Assembly: GCA_965216565.1 (NCBI GenBank)
Contig: OZ244170.1
Location: 1,504,001-1,568,000, forward strand
Origin: Bythopirellula sp.
GTDB lineage: Bacteria; Planctomycetota; Planctomycetia; Pirellulales; Lacipirellulaceae
DNA: 64,000 bases
Direction: 5' to 3'
The notes below the pieces were generated by a model, which ran no database searches, was not told where the DNA came from, and saw nothing but the letters and a program-made list of their open reading frames with translations. Positions 1 to 10,248 of this stretch are shown one piece after another; position 1 is the first letter of the stretch, and each line of letters begins with the position of its first letter. A program made the position numbers and the translations under genes.

Positions 1-2
1 TC

Positions 3-149
3 AAGAGAACTTGGGGGAAATTGAGCGAAGCCGATATTGTCGGCATCGCCGGCCAGCGCGATCAGCTCGCGAGTATGCTGGAAGAACGATACGGATACGC
101 GCCTGTCGTGGCGCAAAACAAGGTCGACGAGTTTGCCCAGAGACTGTAG
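3..149 (+). CDS. CsbD/YjbJ-family stress protein, C-terminal part (5'-truncated by the window edge; absent from the ORF track)
   Basis: Frame 3 reads KRTWGKLSEADIVGIAGQRDQLASMLEERYGYAPVVAQNKVDEFAQRL*, matching the CsbD/YjbJ pattern WGKLTDDD...G.RDQL.G..QERYGY. Confidence 0.8.
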   Translation, partial: KRTWGKLSEADIVGIAGQRDQLASMLEERYGYAPVVAQNKVDEFAQRL

Positions 150-270
150 CGGTAGCTTGTAGCTACCTCATGCTGCTTACTGACGTCGCAAGACTACAAA
201 CGCGGGCCGCACCTGCAGATCGCTCGCACATCTATCGGTAAAGCAGGTCTTTAAACGATAAGGAGTTCGC

Positions 271-2040
271 ATGTTACGCTTGGAAGGGATTCCCATTTCG
301 CCTGGTTTCGCAAGTGGGACTGCTGTTGTCTATGACTATGAACTCGGGAGACGGATTGAAGTGTTGCACTCCAATTTTTCGCCCGTGGATGTTGAATCTG
401 AATGGAAACGGCTCGACAGTGCATTAGAACTATCACGTAGGGATTTGCAGCTGCTGGAACAGACTTCGTCAAAGCGACCTAATCTGAGCAAATCGGTGGC
501 GCTTCTGTCGGCCCATTCGGCGATGACGCACGAAATAGCCGAGCTGGTCAAGCAACACGTTGGCCGAGAACTGGTCAATGCAGAAGAAGCGCTTGATTCG
601 GTGATCTGCCATTGGGTGGAACGATTGCAACGGCTCGACAACGACTATCTGCGGCAGAGGGAGCAAGACGTCCGGGATGTGGGAAGAAGGATGACAAGGA
701 ATCTAGCGGGCACTCTGCCGTGGAGCAAAGGCCCCTTGCCACCCGGATCGATCATTGTCGCTCGAGAGCTTTTGCCGTCAGAAGCCATAGAGCTTGCGAA
801 TTGTGGCGTGGCGGCGATTGTCACTGAACACGGTGGGAAATACAGCCATACCGCCATCCTCGCTAGATCGTTAGATATTCCCGCTGTCACGAGCATTCTC
901 CACGCGACTTCTGAAATTCATCCTGGAATGAAATTGCTCGTAGATGGCCAGAGTGGAAATGTAACGTTAGCGCCATCCGAGTCCGATGAAGAATCTTTTG
1001 CAGAGCGAAAACAAAACTACGAAATTCTGGTCGCGTCACTGGTCGCTAAAGAGGATGCGCCTTGTACAACTCAGGACGGCATAGAACTCTCGCTACTGGC
1101 CAACATCGGAGTTCCCGAGGAGGTTGAAGCCGTGGCGAAACACGGTTTTGCTGGGGTCGGGTTATTTCGAACAGAGTTTCTCTTTCTTGAATCACTTGAG
1201 CGTCCTAGCGTACAAACACAGGTCGAAATGTATGACAAGATGGCGAAGGGTCTCGATGGTCAACCATTGGTCATTCGCACTTTCGATCTCGGTGGTGACA
1301 AACTGCCGCCGTTTCTCCTGAATGAGGATTTGGAGACGCATCGCAAGCTTCATTTGCGGGGCTTGCGATTCTCACTCGCCGAGCGAGTCCTCCTGGAAGA
1401 GCAACTACAGGCAATTTTACAGGTCGCTCAAACGTCGGACGTACACATCTTGTTTCCCATGGTGATCGGCGGTGATGACTTGGCGCAGGCCCTTGCCGCA
1501 GTCGACCGTGTCGTCAAGAAGTTTGGCTTCCTGCGAACTCCTCCAATCGGGGCAATGATTGAAACGCCAGCAGCACTGTATTCCCTAGACGAGATTCTCG
1601 ATCTTGCGGACTTTGTAGCCATCGGTACGAATGATCTCACCCAATACATGCTTGCCACGGATCGGGAATTGGAAGCAGGCAAGAACGATTGCACTGCTAT
1701 GCACCCGGCTGTCCTTAGAGCAATTAAGCAGGTCGTCTTGGCAGCAGAAAAGCATCAGTGTCCCGTCTGCGTATGCGGTGAAGAGGCCGGAGACGCTGAC
1801 TTCGCGTGTTTGCTTATGGGACTGGGCATCCGCGAATTAAGTCTCAGCCTAGGACGAGGTGTCGTTATCCGTGAGGCTTTGCACGGAATCAAATCGCAGG
1901 AAGCGCGAGAGACCGCAGACCAGGCCCTTCGATGCCAAAACCCAATAGAAGTACGCAAACTGCTCGCTGCTCTGCGCACCAATGTGGCTGAGTCGACTCC
2001 GTCTTTCCTGGATGCCCCGGCTAAGCAAGATGCACAATAA
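271..2040 (+). CDS. ptsI: Phosphoenolpyruvate-protein phosphotransferase (PTS enzyme I)
   Basis: GGKYSHTAI phospho-His motif, GVGLFRTEF, RTFDLGGDK, GTNDLTQY, VCVCGE; RBS AAGGAG upstream. Confidence 0.93.
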   Translation: MLRLEGIPISPGFASGTAVVYDYELGRRIEVLHSNFSPVDVESEWKRLDSALELSRRDLQLLEQTSSKRPNLSKSVALLSAHSAMTHEIAELVKQHVGRELVNAEEALDSVICHWVERLQRLDNDYLRQREQDVRDVGRRMTRNLAGTLPWSKGPLPPGSIIVARELLPSEAIELANCGVAAIVTEHGGKYSHTAILARSLDIPAVTSILHATSEIHPGMKLLVDGQSGNVTLAPSESDEESFAERKQNYEILVASLVAKEDAPCTTQDGIELSLLANIGVPEEVEAVAKHGFAGVGLFRTEFLFLESLERPSVQTQVEMYDKMAKGLDGQPLVIRTFDLGGDKLPPFLLNEDLETHRKLHLRGLRFSLAERVLLEEQLQAILQVAQTSDVHILFPMVIGGDDLAQALAAVDRVVKKFGFLRTPPIGAMIETPAALYSLDEILDLADFVAIGTNDLTQYMLATDRELEAGKNDCTAMHPAVLRAIKQVVLAAEKHQCPVCVCGEEAGDADFACLLMGLGIRELSLSLGRGVVIREALHGIKSQEARETADQALRCQNPIEVRKLLAALRTNVAESTPSFLDAPAKQDAQ

Positions 2041-2260
2041 CAAGAAACCCGAACCACTGAATCCTTGTCCGAGGCCAGGAAAGTGTCCTGTCTGTGGCTT
2101 TTCGACGTATTCATTGAACGGTATTCATCCACAGTGTGCCGTCTCACAGGCGGATGAACCGCGACGCCTACGATTGGTTGCTGAAAGAAAGGCGAAAATC
2201 GATCTGGTAAAGAGGGACGTCGGAAGGACGGAAATCATTGAAGGGACTCAACCCCTATGA
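2030..2260 (+). CDS. Small putative zinc-finger protein (CxxC...HxxC)
   Basis: ATG at 2030 overlaps the end of ptsI; GKCPVCGFSTYSLNGIHPQC. Confidence 0.6.
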   Translation: MHNNKKPEPLNPCPRPGKCPVCGFSTYSLNGIHPQCAVSQADEPRRLRLVAERKAKIDLVKRDVGRTEIIEGTQPL

Positions 2261-2312
2261 CTGGACGATGCAGCGATGTTACTCCTCCCGTTCCCTCGTA
2301 AGAAATCCACAA

Positions 2313-4646
2313 ATGGCCTATTCCCACTTACGTAAAATCGCCTTCGTTGGTGACTATTTGCCGCGCAAATGCGGCATCGCCACGTTTACCCACGATCTCC
2401 GCAGCGCGGTGGCCCAATTCGCCCCGTCCGAATGTATCGTCGTTCCAGTAGATGACTTGGCTGACAGCTACGATTACCCGTCCGAGGTGCGATTCCAGAT
2501 CGCTGAACAAGATCTGGACTCCTATCGACGTGCGGCTGACTTCATCAATTTCAGCGAGATCGACGTAGTTTCACTGCAACATGAATTCGGGATCTATGGG
2601 GGACCTGCAGGAGGTCACATTCTGACGTTCTTACGTGACCTGCGATGTCCGGTGGTAACAACCCTTCACACGGTGCTACCCGAACCGAGCGTTGATCAGC
2701 GGCGTGTGATGGACCAGCTAGTGGAGCTTTCAACACGGCTGGTCGTGATGACCCAACGCAGCAAGTCCATGCTTCAAGAAGTCTACAAAGTTCCAGAACA
2801 CAAGATCGATCACATTGTACATGGTATTCCGGATCGTCCCTTTGCTGATCCTAATTACTATAAGGACCAGTTTGGTGTCGAAGGTAAGTACGTGGGACTA
2901 ACTTTTGGTTTACTTTCCCCCAACAAGGGAATCGAAACCGTCCTAACGGCACTACCGGAGGTCATTCGGGAAGTGCCGAATTTTGTGTATCTCATCCTGG
3001 GAGCAACCCATCCTAGCTTGGTTCGGTCTGAAGGTGAAACGTATCGGATCAGCCTAGAGCGGATGGCCAAGGAATTGGGAATTCAGAAGCACGTCAGCTT
3101 CTACAATCGCTTTGTGGAATTGCGCGAGTTGACCGACTTCATTGGTGCCGCCGACTTGTACATCACACCCTACTTGAACGCCGCCCAGGCTGTCTCTGGG
3201 ACACTGGCCTACTCCTTTGGTTGCGGGCAAGCAGTGATCTCAACGCCCTATTGGCACGCCGAAGAATTGCTGGCCGACGACCGTGGCGTTCTTGTTCCAT
3301 TTGCTGATTCCCCGGCGCTCGCTCGGGAGATGATCGCCCTGCTGGGTGACGATAAGCGCCGTCACGCCATGCGAAAGCGTGCCTATCTCCTCGGGCGAGA
3401 GATGGTTTGGAGTCATGTCGCCGGTTTGTACCTCAAATCCTTCGAGGCCGCACGGCGCAGTCGCAGCCACGTACCGAAACCGCTGGCAGTTCGAACCTTG
3501 GAAGAGCAGCAGCTTATCATGCCGCGTTTGAATCTCGACCACCTGATGCGAATGACCGATTCGACCGGCATCCAGCAACATGCTTGTTATTCAATTCCAA
3601 ACCATCGCGAAGGCTACTGTACCGATGACAATGCCAGGGCATTGATACTGACAGTGCTGTTAGAAGAACTGGGGATGGATTCGCGAGAAGTACATCAGGC
3701 CGCGTCGACGTACGCTGCCTTCCTCAACTATGGATTTGATCCAGAGACTGGACGATTTCGCAACTTCATGAGTTACGACCGGCAATGGTTGGAACGGGAC
3801 GGTTCGGACGATTCGCAAGGTCGGTCGATCTGGGCTCTGGGTACCTGCATCGGTCGATCACATCGGCGTAGTGTTCAGTCCTGGGCGGTTCAATTGTTCG
3901 AAAAGGCGTTGCCTACCTGCGCTGAGACAACTTCCCCGCGTACTTGGGCCCATATACTGATTGGCATCCACGAATACTTACGTCGATTCAGCGGCGACCG
4001 ACTCGTCAATCAAGTACGCGAGGTGCTGACTGACAAACTGATTACATTGTATGAAAACTCGGCAACGGAGGATTGGCCCTGGTTCGAGGACGTGGCATCT
4101 TACAACAATGCCAGGATTTCGCAGGCATTGATTCTCAGCGGACGTTGGAGTTGCAACGAGCGAGCCACTCAAATCGGGCTTCGATCTTTGCGGTGGTTGG
4201 CAGAACAGCAACTGTCACCGTCGGGTCGATTTCGCCCTATCGGGTGCAATGGCTTTTGCCGCCGAGGTGAGCCGGCCGCCGAATATGACCAACAGCCTAT
4301 CGAAGCGCATGCGATGGTGTCTGCTGCGATTGAAGCGTTCGCCGCTACCGACGATAGTTTTTGGTGCGAACAGGCGCATCTTGCATTCGACTGGTTCCTA
4401 GGTCGCAACGATCTTGGGCAATCTATATACGACACCGGCACCGGCGGCTGTCACGATGGTCTGCAAGAGAATCGCGTCAACGAGAACCAAGGTGCCGAAT
4501 CAACCTTGGCGTTCTTACTATCTTTGGCGGAGATGGAACTACTTGAGAACTCCTTCGCGGCATTCAAGTCGAAGCCTACTGAGGCAAGAATTGCCCACGC
4601 GAAGCCAGAGACCCCGAGACTAACGCATGCAGATGGAACTTACTAA
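2313..4646 (+). CDS. Glycosyltransferase family 4 fused to a C-terminal (alpha/alpha)6 glycosidase-like domain
   Basis: N-terminal PRKCGIATFT, QHEFGIYGG, FGLLSPNKG, STPYWHAEE; C-terminal YCTDDNAR, YDQQPIEA, NQGAESTLA; start at MAYSH chosen. Confidence 0.85.
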   Translation: MAYSHLRKIAFVGDYLPRKCGIATFTHDLRSAVAQFAPSECIVVPVDDLADSYDYPSEVRFQIAEQDLDSYRRAADFINFSEIDVVSLQHEFGIYGGPAGGHILTFLRDLRCPVVTTLHTVLPEPSVDQRRVMDQLVELSTRLVVMTQRSKSMLQEVYKVPEHKIDHIVHGIPDRPFADPNYYKDQFGVEGKYVGLTFGLLSPNKGIETVLTALPEVIREVPNFVYLILGATHPSLVRSEGETYRISLERMAKELGIQKHVSFYNRFVELRELTDFIGAADLYITPYLNAAQAVSGTLAYSFGCGQAVISTPYWHAEELLADDRGVLVPFADSPALAREMIALLGDDKRRHAMRKRAYLLGREMVWSHVAGLYLKSFEAARRSRSHVPKPLAVRTLEEQQLIMPRLNLDHLMRMTDSTGIQQHACYSIPNHREGYCTDDNARALILTVLLEELGMDSREVHQAASTYAAFLNYGFDPETGRFRNFMSYDRQWLERDGSDDSQGRSIWALGTCIGRSHRRSVQSWAVQLFEKALPTCAETTSPRTWAHILIGIHEYLRRFSGDRLVNQVREVLTDKLITLYENSATEDWPWFEDVASYNNARISQALILSGRWSCNERATQIGLRSLRWLAEQQLSPSGRFRPIGCNGFCRRGEPAAEYDQQPIEAHAMVSAAIEAFAATDDSFWCEQAHLAFDWFLGRNDLGQSIYDTGTGGCHDGLQENRVNENQGAESTLAFLLSLAEMELLENSFAAFKSKPTEARIAHAKPETPRLTHADGTY

Positions 4647-4653
4647 GGTCGTA

Positions 4654-6123
4654 ATGTCAAACAACTTCATCAATCTCAGGCGAGCCGGAACGGTCCTCAA
4701 ACCGGACCAGTCACGCGTTCTATTACGACCGTTTAGTCCCGGAGATTCACAGCGAACCAGCAGGATCATCACCCGGATAATGGCCCTCCCGGAAAAACAG
4801 GTTGGCCATCTACTAGATGAAGTTACCGCCGAGTTCTCTCAGCGACACCGGGAAATTCGCCGAATGTTTCTGGAGCGTTTCGAACAGGTCAGACAAGAAC
4901 ATGATCCGGAAGGAGACTTATCCGAAGCAAGAAGACTGTTGATCGGCTCCTACTTCCTCGCCGAATACACTCTCGAATCCGCCGCGCTTTTTAATCCCTC
5001 GATCGTGAGGCACCCGGACCAAGCCGGTTTGCCGCCGGGAGCCCTGCGGTTCATACTCAGCCTGCGCGCAACGGGAGAAGGCCACATCTCTTCGATCACC
5101 TTTCGGACCGGTATCATACACTCAAATAATCAGATCGAAGTACTGGACGCTGCTGGCTACCTCACGGAGCCGCGGCAAATCCCTAACCCGGCCTATGGAA
5201 AGGGCTTGTTCACACGGAAACTTCAAGAGCTGGGATTCAACAGTGAGTTCACAGGCCGGGTCCTAGACAGACTGGGTGATTCGTTCGACATGCAAGAACT
5301 TCGAGCCGCCCTCAATGCTGAATTGGATCAGGAACGTCATTTGCAAGGCGTTTTGCAGGAAGACCAGGACACCGCTCACGGGATCTGGATGCTGGCTCAG
5401 TCCAACTACGAAGTCCAATTTCAGCCCGAACAACAGCTTTCCGAGCGCATTCTGTTTCCAGCCACGCCGTCACAGAGCAACGGCATCGAAGATGCGAGGT
5501 TTGTCCGCTTCCAAAATGATGATGGCAGCTACATCTACTACGCAACTTTCACCGCCTTCGATGGCAAAGTAGTCATGCCCGAGCTGGTGGAAACCGTTGA
5601 TTTCCTTCGTTTCCGCTTCATCACTTTAAATGGGCCAGCAGCGCAAAACAAAGGCATGGCCATGTTCCCTCGAAAAATCAACGGACACTATGCGATGCTC
5701 GCGCGGCAGGACAACGAGAGTATCTATCTCAGCTACTCCGACAACGTCCATTTCTGGAATGAACGCCAAGTGCTGCTCAGGCCGACCTTCTCGTGGGAGC
5801 TAATCCAAATCGGGAATTGTGGGTCACCCATAGAAACCGATGCTGGCTGGCTGGTACTAAGTCACGGTGTTGGCCCATTGCGCAGATACTGTATCGGTGC
5901 GTTCCTGTTGGACCGCGACGATCCGAGCAAGGTTATTGGACGCCTGCGCACACCCCTACTTGAGCCCAACGAGAACGAGCGAAAGGGCTACGTACCGAAC
6001 GTTGTCTACACGTGTGGCGCATTGGTACACAAAAGCGAACTCATCATCCCGTATGGATTGGCTGACCATGCTACAGGTTTTGCAACTGTTCCCGTTGGGG
6101 ACGTTTTGGCAGCGATGGAGTGA
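4654..6123 (+). CDS. Glycoside hydrolase family 130 (mannoside phosphorylase/hydrolase-like)
   Basis: ALFNPS, GIEDARF, NKGMAMFP, IGNCGSP, GYVPNVVY motifs of the GH130 five-bladed propeller. Confidence 0.85.
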   Translation: MSNNFINLRRAGTVLKPDQSRVLLRPFSPGDSQRTSRIITRIMALPEKQVGHLLDEVTAEFSQRHREIRRMFLERFEQVRQEHDPEGDLSEARRLLIGSYFLAEYTLESAALFNPSIVRHPDQAGLPPGALRFILSLRATGEGHISSITFRTGIIHSNNQIEVLDAAGYLTEPRQIPNPAYGKGLFTRKLQELGFNSEFTGRVLDRLGDSFDMQELRAALNAELDQERHLQGVLQEDQDTAHGIWMLAQSNYEVQFQPEQQLSERILFPATPSQSNGIEDARFVRFQNDDGSYIYYATFTAFDGKVVMPELVETVDFLRFRFITLNGPAAQNKGMAMFPRKINGHYAMLARQDNESIYLSYSDNVHFWNERQVLLRPTFSWELIQIGNCGSPIETDAGWLVLSHGVGPLRRYCIGAFLLDRDDPSKVIGRLRTPLLEPNENERKGYVPNVVYTCGALVHKSELIIPYGLADHATGFATVPVGDVLAAME

Positions 6124-7175
6124 GCGAAGGTTTGCACACCATGACGAAAACGAACAAACGAATCGCAGTGCTCTCACCAGTCGCTTGGCGAACTCCTCCT
6201 CGCCGGTACGGTGCTTGGGAGACTGTCGCCAGCAACATCACAGAAGGCCTCGTCGCCCGTGGTTGGGATGTGACGCTTTTCGCGACAGGGGATTCCCTAA
6301 CCCGCGCCAACCTGCATGCAGTTGTGGACAGGGCATACGAAGAGGATTCGACAGTCGACCCAAAGGTGGCCGAATACCTTCACATCTCCGAAGCATTCGA
6401 ACGAGCTGCTGATTTCGACTTAATCCATAGTCACTACGACTTTATGGCATTGACCTATACGCGACTGATCAGCACGCCTGTCCTGACCACGATCCACGGG
6501 TTCTCCTCGCCGCAAATCATGCAGGTGTATCAGAAGTATTGTGACGGGCACTTCGTTTCCATCAGCGATTCGGATCGAGCGCCCGGGCTTAATTACTTGG
6601 CAACTGTCTACAACGGCATTGATCTCAGTTTGTATCCGCTTCAGCCAGCATGCGGCGACGACCTGATCTTTCTGGGCCGGATTCACCCGGACAAGGGTGT
6701 TCATCTGGCGATCGAGGTTGCTCGCCAGAGTGGTTGGCCACTGCTGATTGCGGGAATTATTCAGGATCAGACCTACTTCGAGGAGCAGGTGAAACCGCAT
6801 CTTGATGACCGGCAGATTCGCTACATCGGACCGGTAGACGTACCAGGTAAAAACAAACTATTTGCGAGTGCGCGTGCACTTCTACATTTGAACACGATCC
6901 CAGAGCGATTCGGGCTTGTTTTGGCAGAGGCAAATGCCGCTGGCGTCCCTGTGATCGCAATGGATCTGGGCTCCTGCCGTGAAGTGATCGAAGACGGGCG
7001 GACTGGCTTTCTGGTAAACAACGTGAACGAAGCGGTACAGGCCCTGCAAAAGCTTTCCGAAATAGACCGCGTTGCCTGTCGCGAACACGTCCAGCAACGT
7101 TTCTCTGTCGACACGATGGTCGATGCGTATGAACGAGTCTATGACAAGATACTTAACCACGAAACAAAGGAATAA
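6120..7175 (+). CDS. Glycosyltransferase family 4
   Basis: PPRRYGAWE, GRIHPDKG, ERFGLVLAEA; GTGA overlap with the upstream stop. Confidence 0.9.
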   Translation: MSEGLHTMTKTNKRIAVLSPVAWRTPPRRYGAWETVASNITEGLVARGWDVTLFATGDSLTRANLHAVVDRAYEEDSTVDPKVAEYLHISEAFERAADFDLIHSHYDFMALTYTRLISTPVLTTIHGFSSPQIMQVYQKYCDGHFVSISDSDRAPGLNYLATVYNGIDLSLYPLQPACGDDLIFLGRIHPDKGVHLAIEVARQSGWPLLIAGIIQDQTYFEEQVKPHLDDRQIRYIGPVDVPGKNKLFASARALLHLNTIPERFGLVLAEANAAGVPVIAMDLGSCREVIEDGRTGFLVNNVNEAVQALQKLSEIDRVACREHVQQRFSVDTMVDAYERVYDKILNHETKE

Positions 7176-7318
7176 TCATGGCATACGAAATCGTTAAGCG
7201 ACATTCAGAGTAGGCCATGTCCGACAAAGCAGCCGCCTTCGGGACATTCCAATCAACCAACTGGTATAAGCTATAAAACCGAAGTAGATTTTCATTTCTT
7301 GATCTAGGAGAGACCAAC

Positions 7319-7426
7319 ATGGGAGACAAAGGTAGCAAAGACAAAGGCAAGAAGGAACAACAGAAGAAGGCCCAGCTTAGTCCAAAGGAGAAACGAAAAC
7401 GGCAGAAAGACAAGAAGAACAAGTAG
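7319..7426 (+). CDS. 35-aa Lys-rich basic small protein (not in the ORF track)
   Basis: AGGAGAG RBS then ATG; MGDKGSKDKGKKEQQKKAQLSPKEKRKRQKDKKNK*. Confidence 0.7.
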   Translation: MGDKGSKDKGKKEQQKKAQLSPKEKRKRQKDKKNK

Positions 7427-8292
7427 TGTTCGTCTGAGCCGACCACCGAATGCAAATTGCCGCAGGGTGGACTTTGTCCAAGCCTGTAGTAGAAACTCGC
7501 GGTCGGCGTTGCATGTGTGACTGCAAATAGCAACTGCTGTCAATTTCAACTATGGGTATCACACCACACATCCCAAAGAGCAACCTCCATGAGTATTCTA
7601 CTCACTTCGCCTTAGACTGAAGTTATCCGGTTGCTGTGTCTTGGCTGCACGAATAGAGAAGTCGGTGCAGTTCTTGGTATTGCCCCTTAAAGGTCGCAAT
7701 TCAAAAATCTGAATCAATGAAAGCTCTTCGTTTTCTGCATCTCTGCAAAACAAGTGAGCTGCAGCATAGACAAAAGCATCTGCAATTGAATTCATGTTTC
7801 AGCCCTGCAAAGTAGAATTGGGACTCCACTGTCCGAAAGTCGTGGGCTATCGCAAGTCTCCGATTCCAGCGTCGGCGATCCCCTCCTCATTTGGATGCGT
7901 TGCCGAAATCGACCATAGCTCCAATAGGTGGTGTCACTTTGAGGCGCGCGGATTCTCCGTAGATTTACCCGAGTCGAGAGGCAAAGATGGTGACATCGCA
8001 CTGACTCCGCTCATCCTGCACTGAGCTTGATTGAAACCCGCATTCACAGTGGATCCAGTTTGCTACCAAATCGCCGAGGTGGAGACGACCGAATGCAGTT
8101 ATCCCAAATTGGCTGACCGCTCTTCGTGCTTTCGATCGCCCCCACCTCAGCAGCGATGATCCTGCAAAAAAAACAGGCTGGACTTCCAGTACTGGAAGGA
8201 TCGATCGTAACCAAGTTCGTCCACTATTCAGGCGAGATTTTGCAGCAAACAATTTACTCGATTTTGCTTACTCACCGAAGGCTAACTGGTTG

Positions 8293-9552
8293 CTATCCGA
8301 CCTCTTTCATCACATCCACCGCCTTCTGCATATCCAGTTCGGCGTAGATTTCTGTTGTGTTGGCAGAGCCGTGGCCGTCTACTGCACGAGCCGCGTCGAT
8401 GCCAAATCTCTTACGAATCTCAGTCGATGCCGTGTGCCGAATGCGGTTGGGCGACCATTTTTCGACACCGGCTCGTACGCTTGCCCGGTGGATCGCCCGC
8501 CGATAGCTTCCAGTGGTGTACTTGTCACCAGCACGAAGCTTAGGCAATGGCTTGCGGTTGGTGCCAGGCCTGTTACCAGCATTCAGTGGCGTCTTGCGAT
8601 TCGCAGCCACCTTGGCACGTCGACGCATCTCAGAAACCGCTGGTGAGAAACAGCATACTTCTGGCTGCGTTGTCTCCAGGTATGGCTTCAGTATTTCCTG
8701 CGCACGAGGACCTATGGCAATGATACGATCCTTCTCAAAGTGTTCAGTCTTGTGCTCGGCCGGCGTGTAAATCCAAATCTCTCCTGTTGTATCGACGTCT
8801 GATGGAGACAGACTGCATATCTCACCAGGACGTGCACTGGTGAGCCGTTGCAAACGCACCATATCGGCAACCACTTCTGGCAGGCAAACGATTGTTGCGT
8901 CGACGACCTTGTCGCAGACAGGCTTGACTCGCTCCGTTTCTCTTGCCCGGGTGCGTCCCTTCTTGAGCCCTGGTAGTGTTTTCAATGAAGCAGGCACCTT
9001 AGGATCTAACACCTCTTGGGAAGCTCCCCAGGTAAACATGCCGCGGATACGGTTGACCTGTTTGTTGATGTATTTGCGAGACCAGTCGAGTTCGTCGATC
9101 ATGGGATCACGGAGCTTGCCTAGGCTTACGGGACCAAAGTCATTGATGAAAGTCAGGCCGTAATGCTTTCTAAGTAGCCGCAGCGCATCATCAATGGCCC
9201 CGGCTTCACGAGTAACTTCGCCGTTTTTCTGATAGTACGCGTGGGTGTGGCGTCGGTAGACCAGAATCAGCTCGGAGAGGGTGATCGGAGCCCGTGCTCG
9301 TCGCTTGGCTTGCAAGCTTTCTACGATGACGCTTTCGGCCAAACTCGAAGATGGCTCGCTGTTGTGGCAAGCAACGTTTCGCTGCTCATGCCGCGCGGTT
9401 TCCCACTGCTTGAGCAGCTCTTGGTACCGTTCGTGACTCTGCTGCGATCCGTAGGGACCGAGGTAGATTTTCGAGCCGAGAAAAGAGACGACTGCTTGAT
9501 TGGTCGATTTGTGCCTGCGATATTGCGGCGGGCGATGAAATAGGCGTGGCAT
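8293..9552 (-). CDS. Tyrosine recombinase/integrase
   Basis: Catalytic set ARPGEI, HKT, PNRIRH, DGH, EIY; lies about 150 bp from the tRNA 3' end; start at MPRLFHR chosen. Confidence 0.92.
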   Translation of the reverse strand: MPRLFHRPPQYRRHKSTNQAVVSFLGSKIYLGPYGSQQSHERYQELLKQWETARHEQRNVACHNSEPSSSLAESVIVESLQAKRRARAPITLSELILVYRRHTHAYYQKNGEVTREAGAIDDALRLLRKHYGLTFINDFGPVSLGKLRDPMIDELDWSRKYINKQVNRIRGMFTWGASQEVLDPKVPASLKTLPGLKKGRTRARETERVKPVCDKVVDATIVCLPEVVADMVRLQRLTSARPGEICSLSPSDVDTTGEIWIYTPAEHKTEHFEKDRIIAIGPRAQEILKPYLETTQPEVCCFSPAVSEMRRRAKVAANRKTPLNAGNRPGTNRKPLPKLRAGDKYTTGSYRRAIHRASVRAGVEKWSPNRIRHTASTEIRKRFGIDAARAVDGHGSANTTEIYAELDMQKAVDVMKEVG

Positions 9553-9700
9553 TGAGGACTCCCTGCGGGCTGAGAGGGAGTCAAAGGAGGAAGTTTTTGA
9601 AGACTTCCCCCTTAGCATTCCCCCTTTGGCTTCGGCAGAGAGCCGCACCGGCCGAAATGGCCGGGTAGCTAACCCTATACGGGTCAAAGAGTTATGAAAG

Positions 9701-9774
<74 letters not shown>

Positions 9775-9787
9775 TTAGTAGCCCCAT

Positions 9788-9817
9788 ATTCTAGTACCCA
9801 ATCCAGGGCCTTGGCAA
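9788..9817 (-). promoter_or_regulatory. Sigma70-type promoter of tRNA-Met
   Basis: TTGCCA-N18-TAGAAT ending 13 bp upstream of the tRNA. Confidence 0.6.
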
Positions 9818-10248
9818 GTGGGCTTTATCGATCCATTTGGTGATCTGGTTTGGGTATTCACCGGGAACTGTCTCCATCGACCCAATCATCATCAAACTTT
9901 AGAACCATTTTCAGATCTGGGACAAGCCGTGGACTAGTATTGGGTGCAAATAGCTCGACCTTTACATCCGATATAAGATTCTTCGCCAAGTCAGTCATTC
10001 CAGTGCCCTCTGAACCATTGCAAAAGCCGATATTTTCAGTAGTCAATTTGATTTACGGGTGCATGGAAGTTCGGCAGAGGTTAACGATTACTTGCTGGAC
10101 TAGTTCCCCAGGGATAGACTTCACTAGGCGCCTCCGGTGACATTCATGGTTGTCTCTGCATCGGGGATCATGAATTTTTGGGAGGCCCCTCGATTTAGCG
10201 TCGACGTTACGACTGGTGATAGCGTAACGAGGAACGGAGAGCTCAAGT

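Larger units (their letters stand above)
1..9700. mobile_element. Right-hand part of a putative genomic island inserted at tRNA-Met
   Basis: Integrase next to the tRNA 3' end with accessory cargo beyond it; second att copy not found in the window, so the left boundary is unknown. Confidence 0.6.

Noticed and set aside
11..241. 76-aa ORF from the track
   Set aside because: It overlaps a much better CsbD-like reading in frame 3 (3-149)
9553..9687. N-terminal extension of the integrase from the track
   Set aside because: The TTG start abuts the tRNA and runs through hairpins; ATG 9552 gives a typical N-terminus
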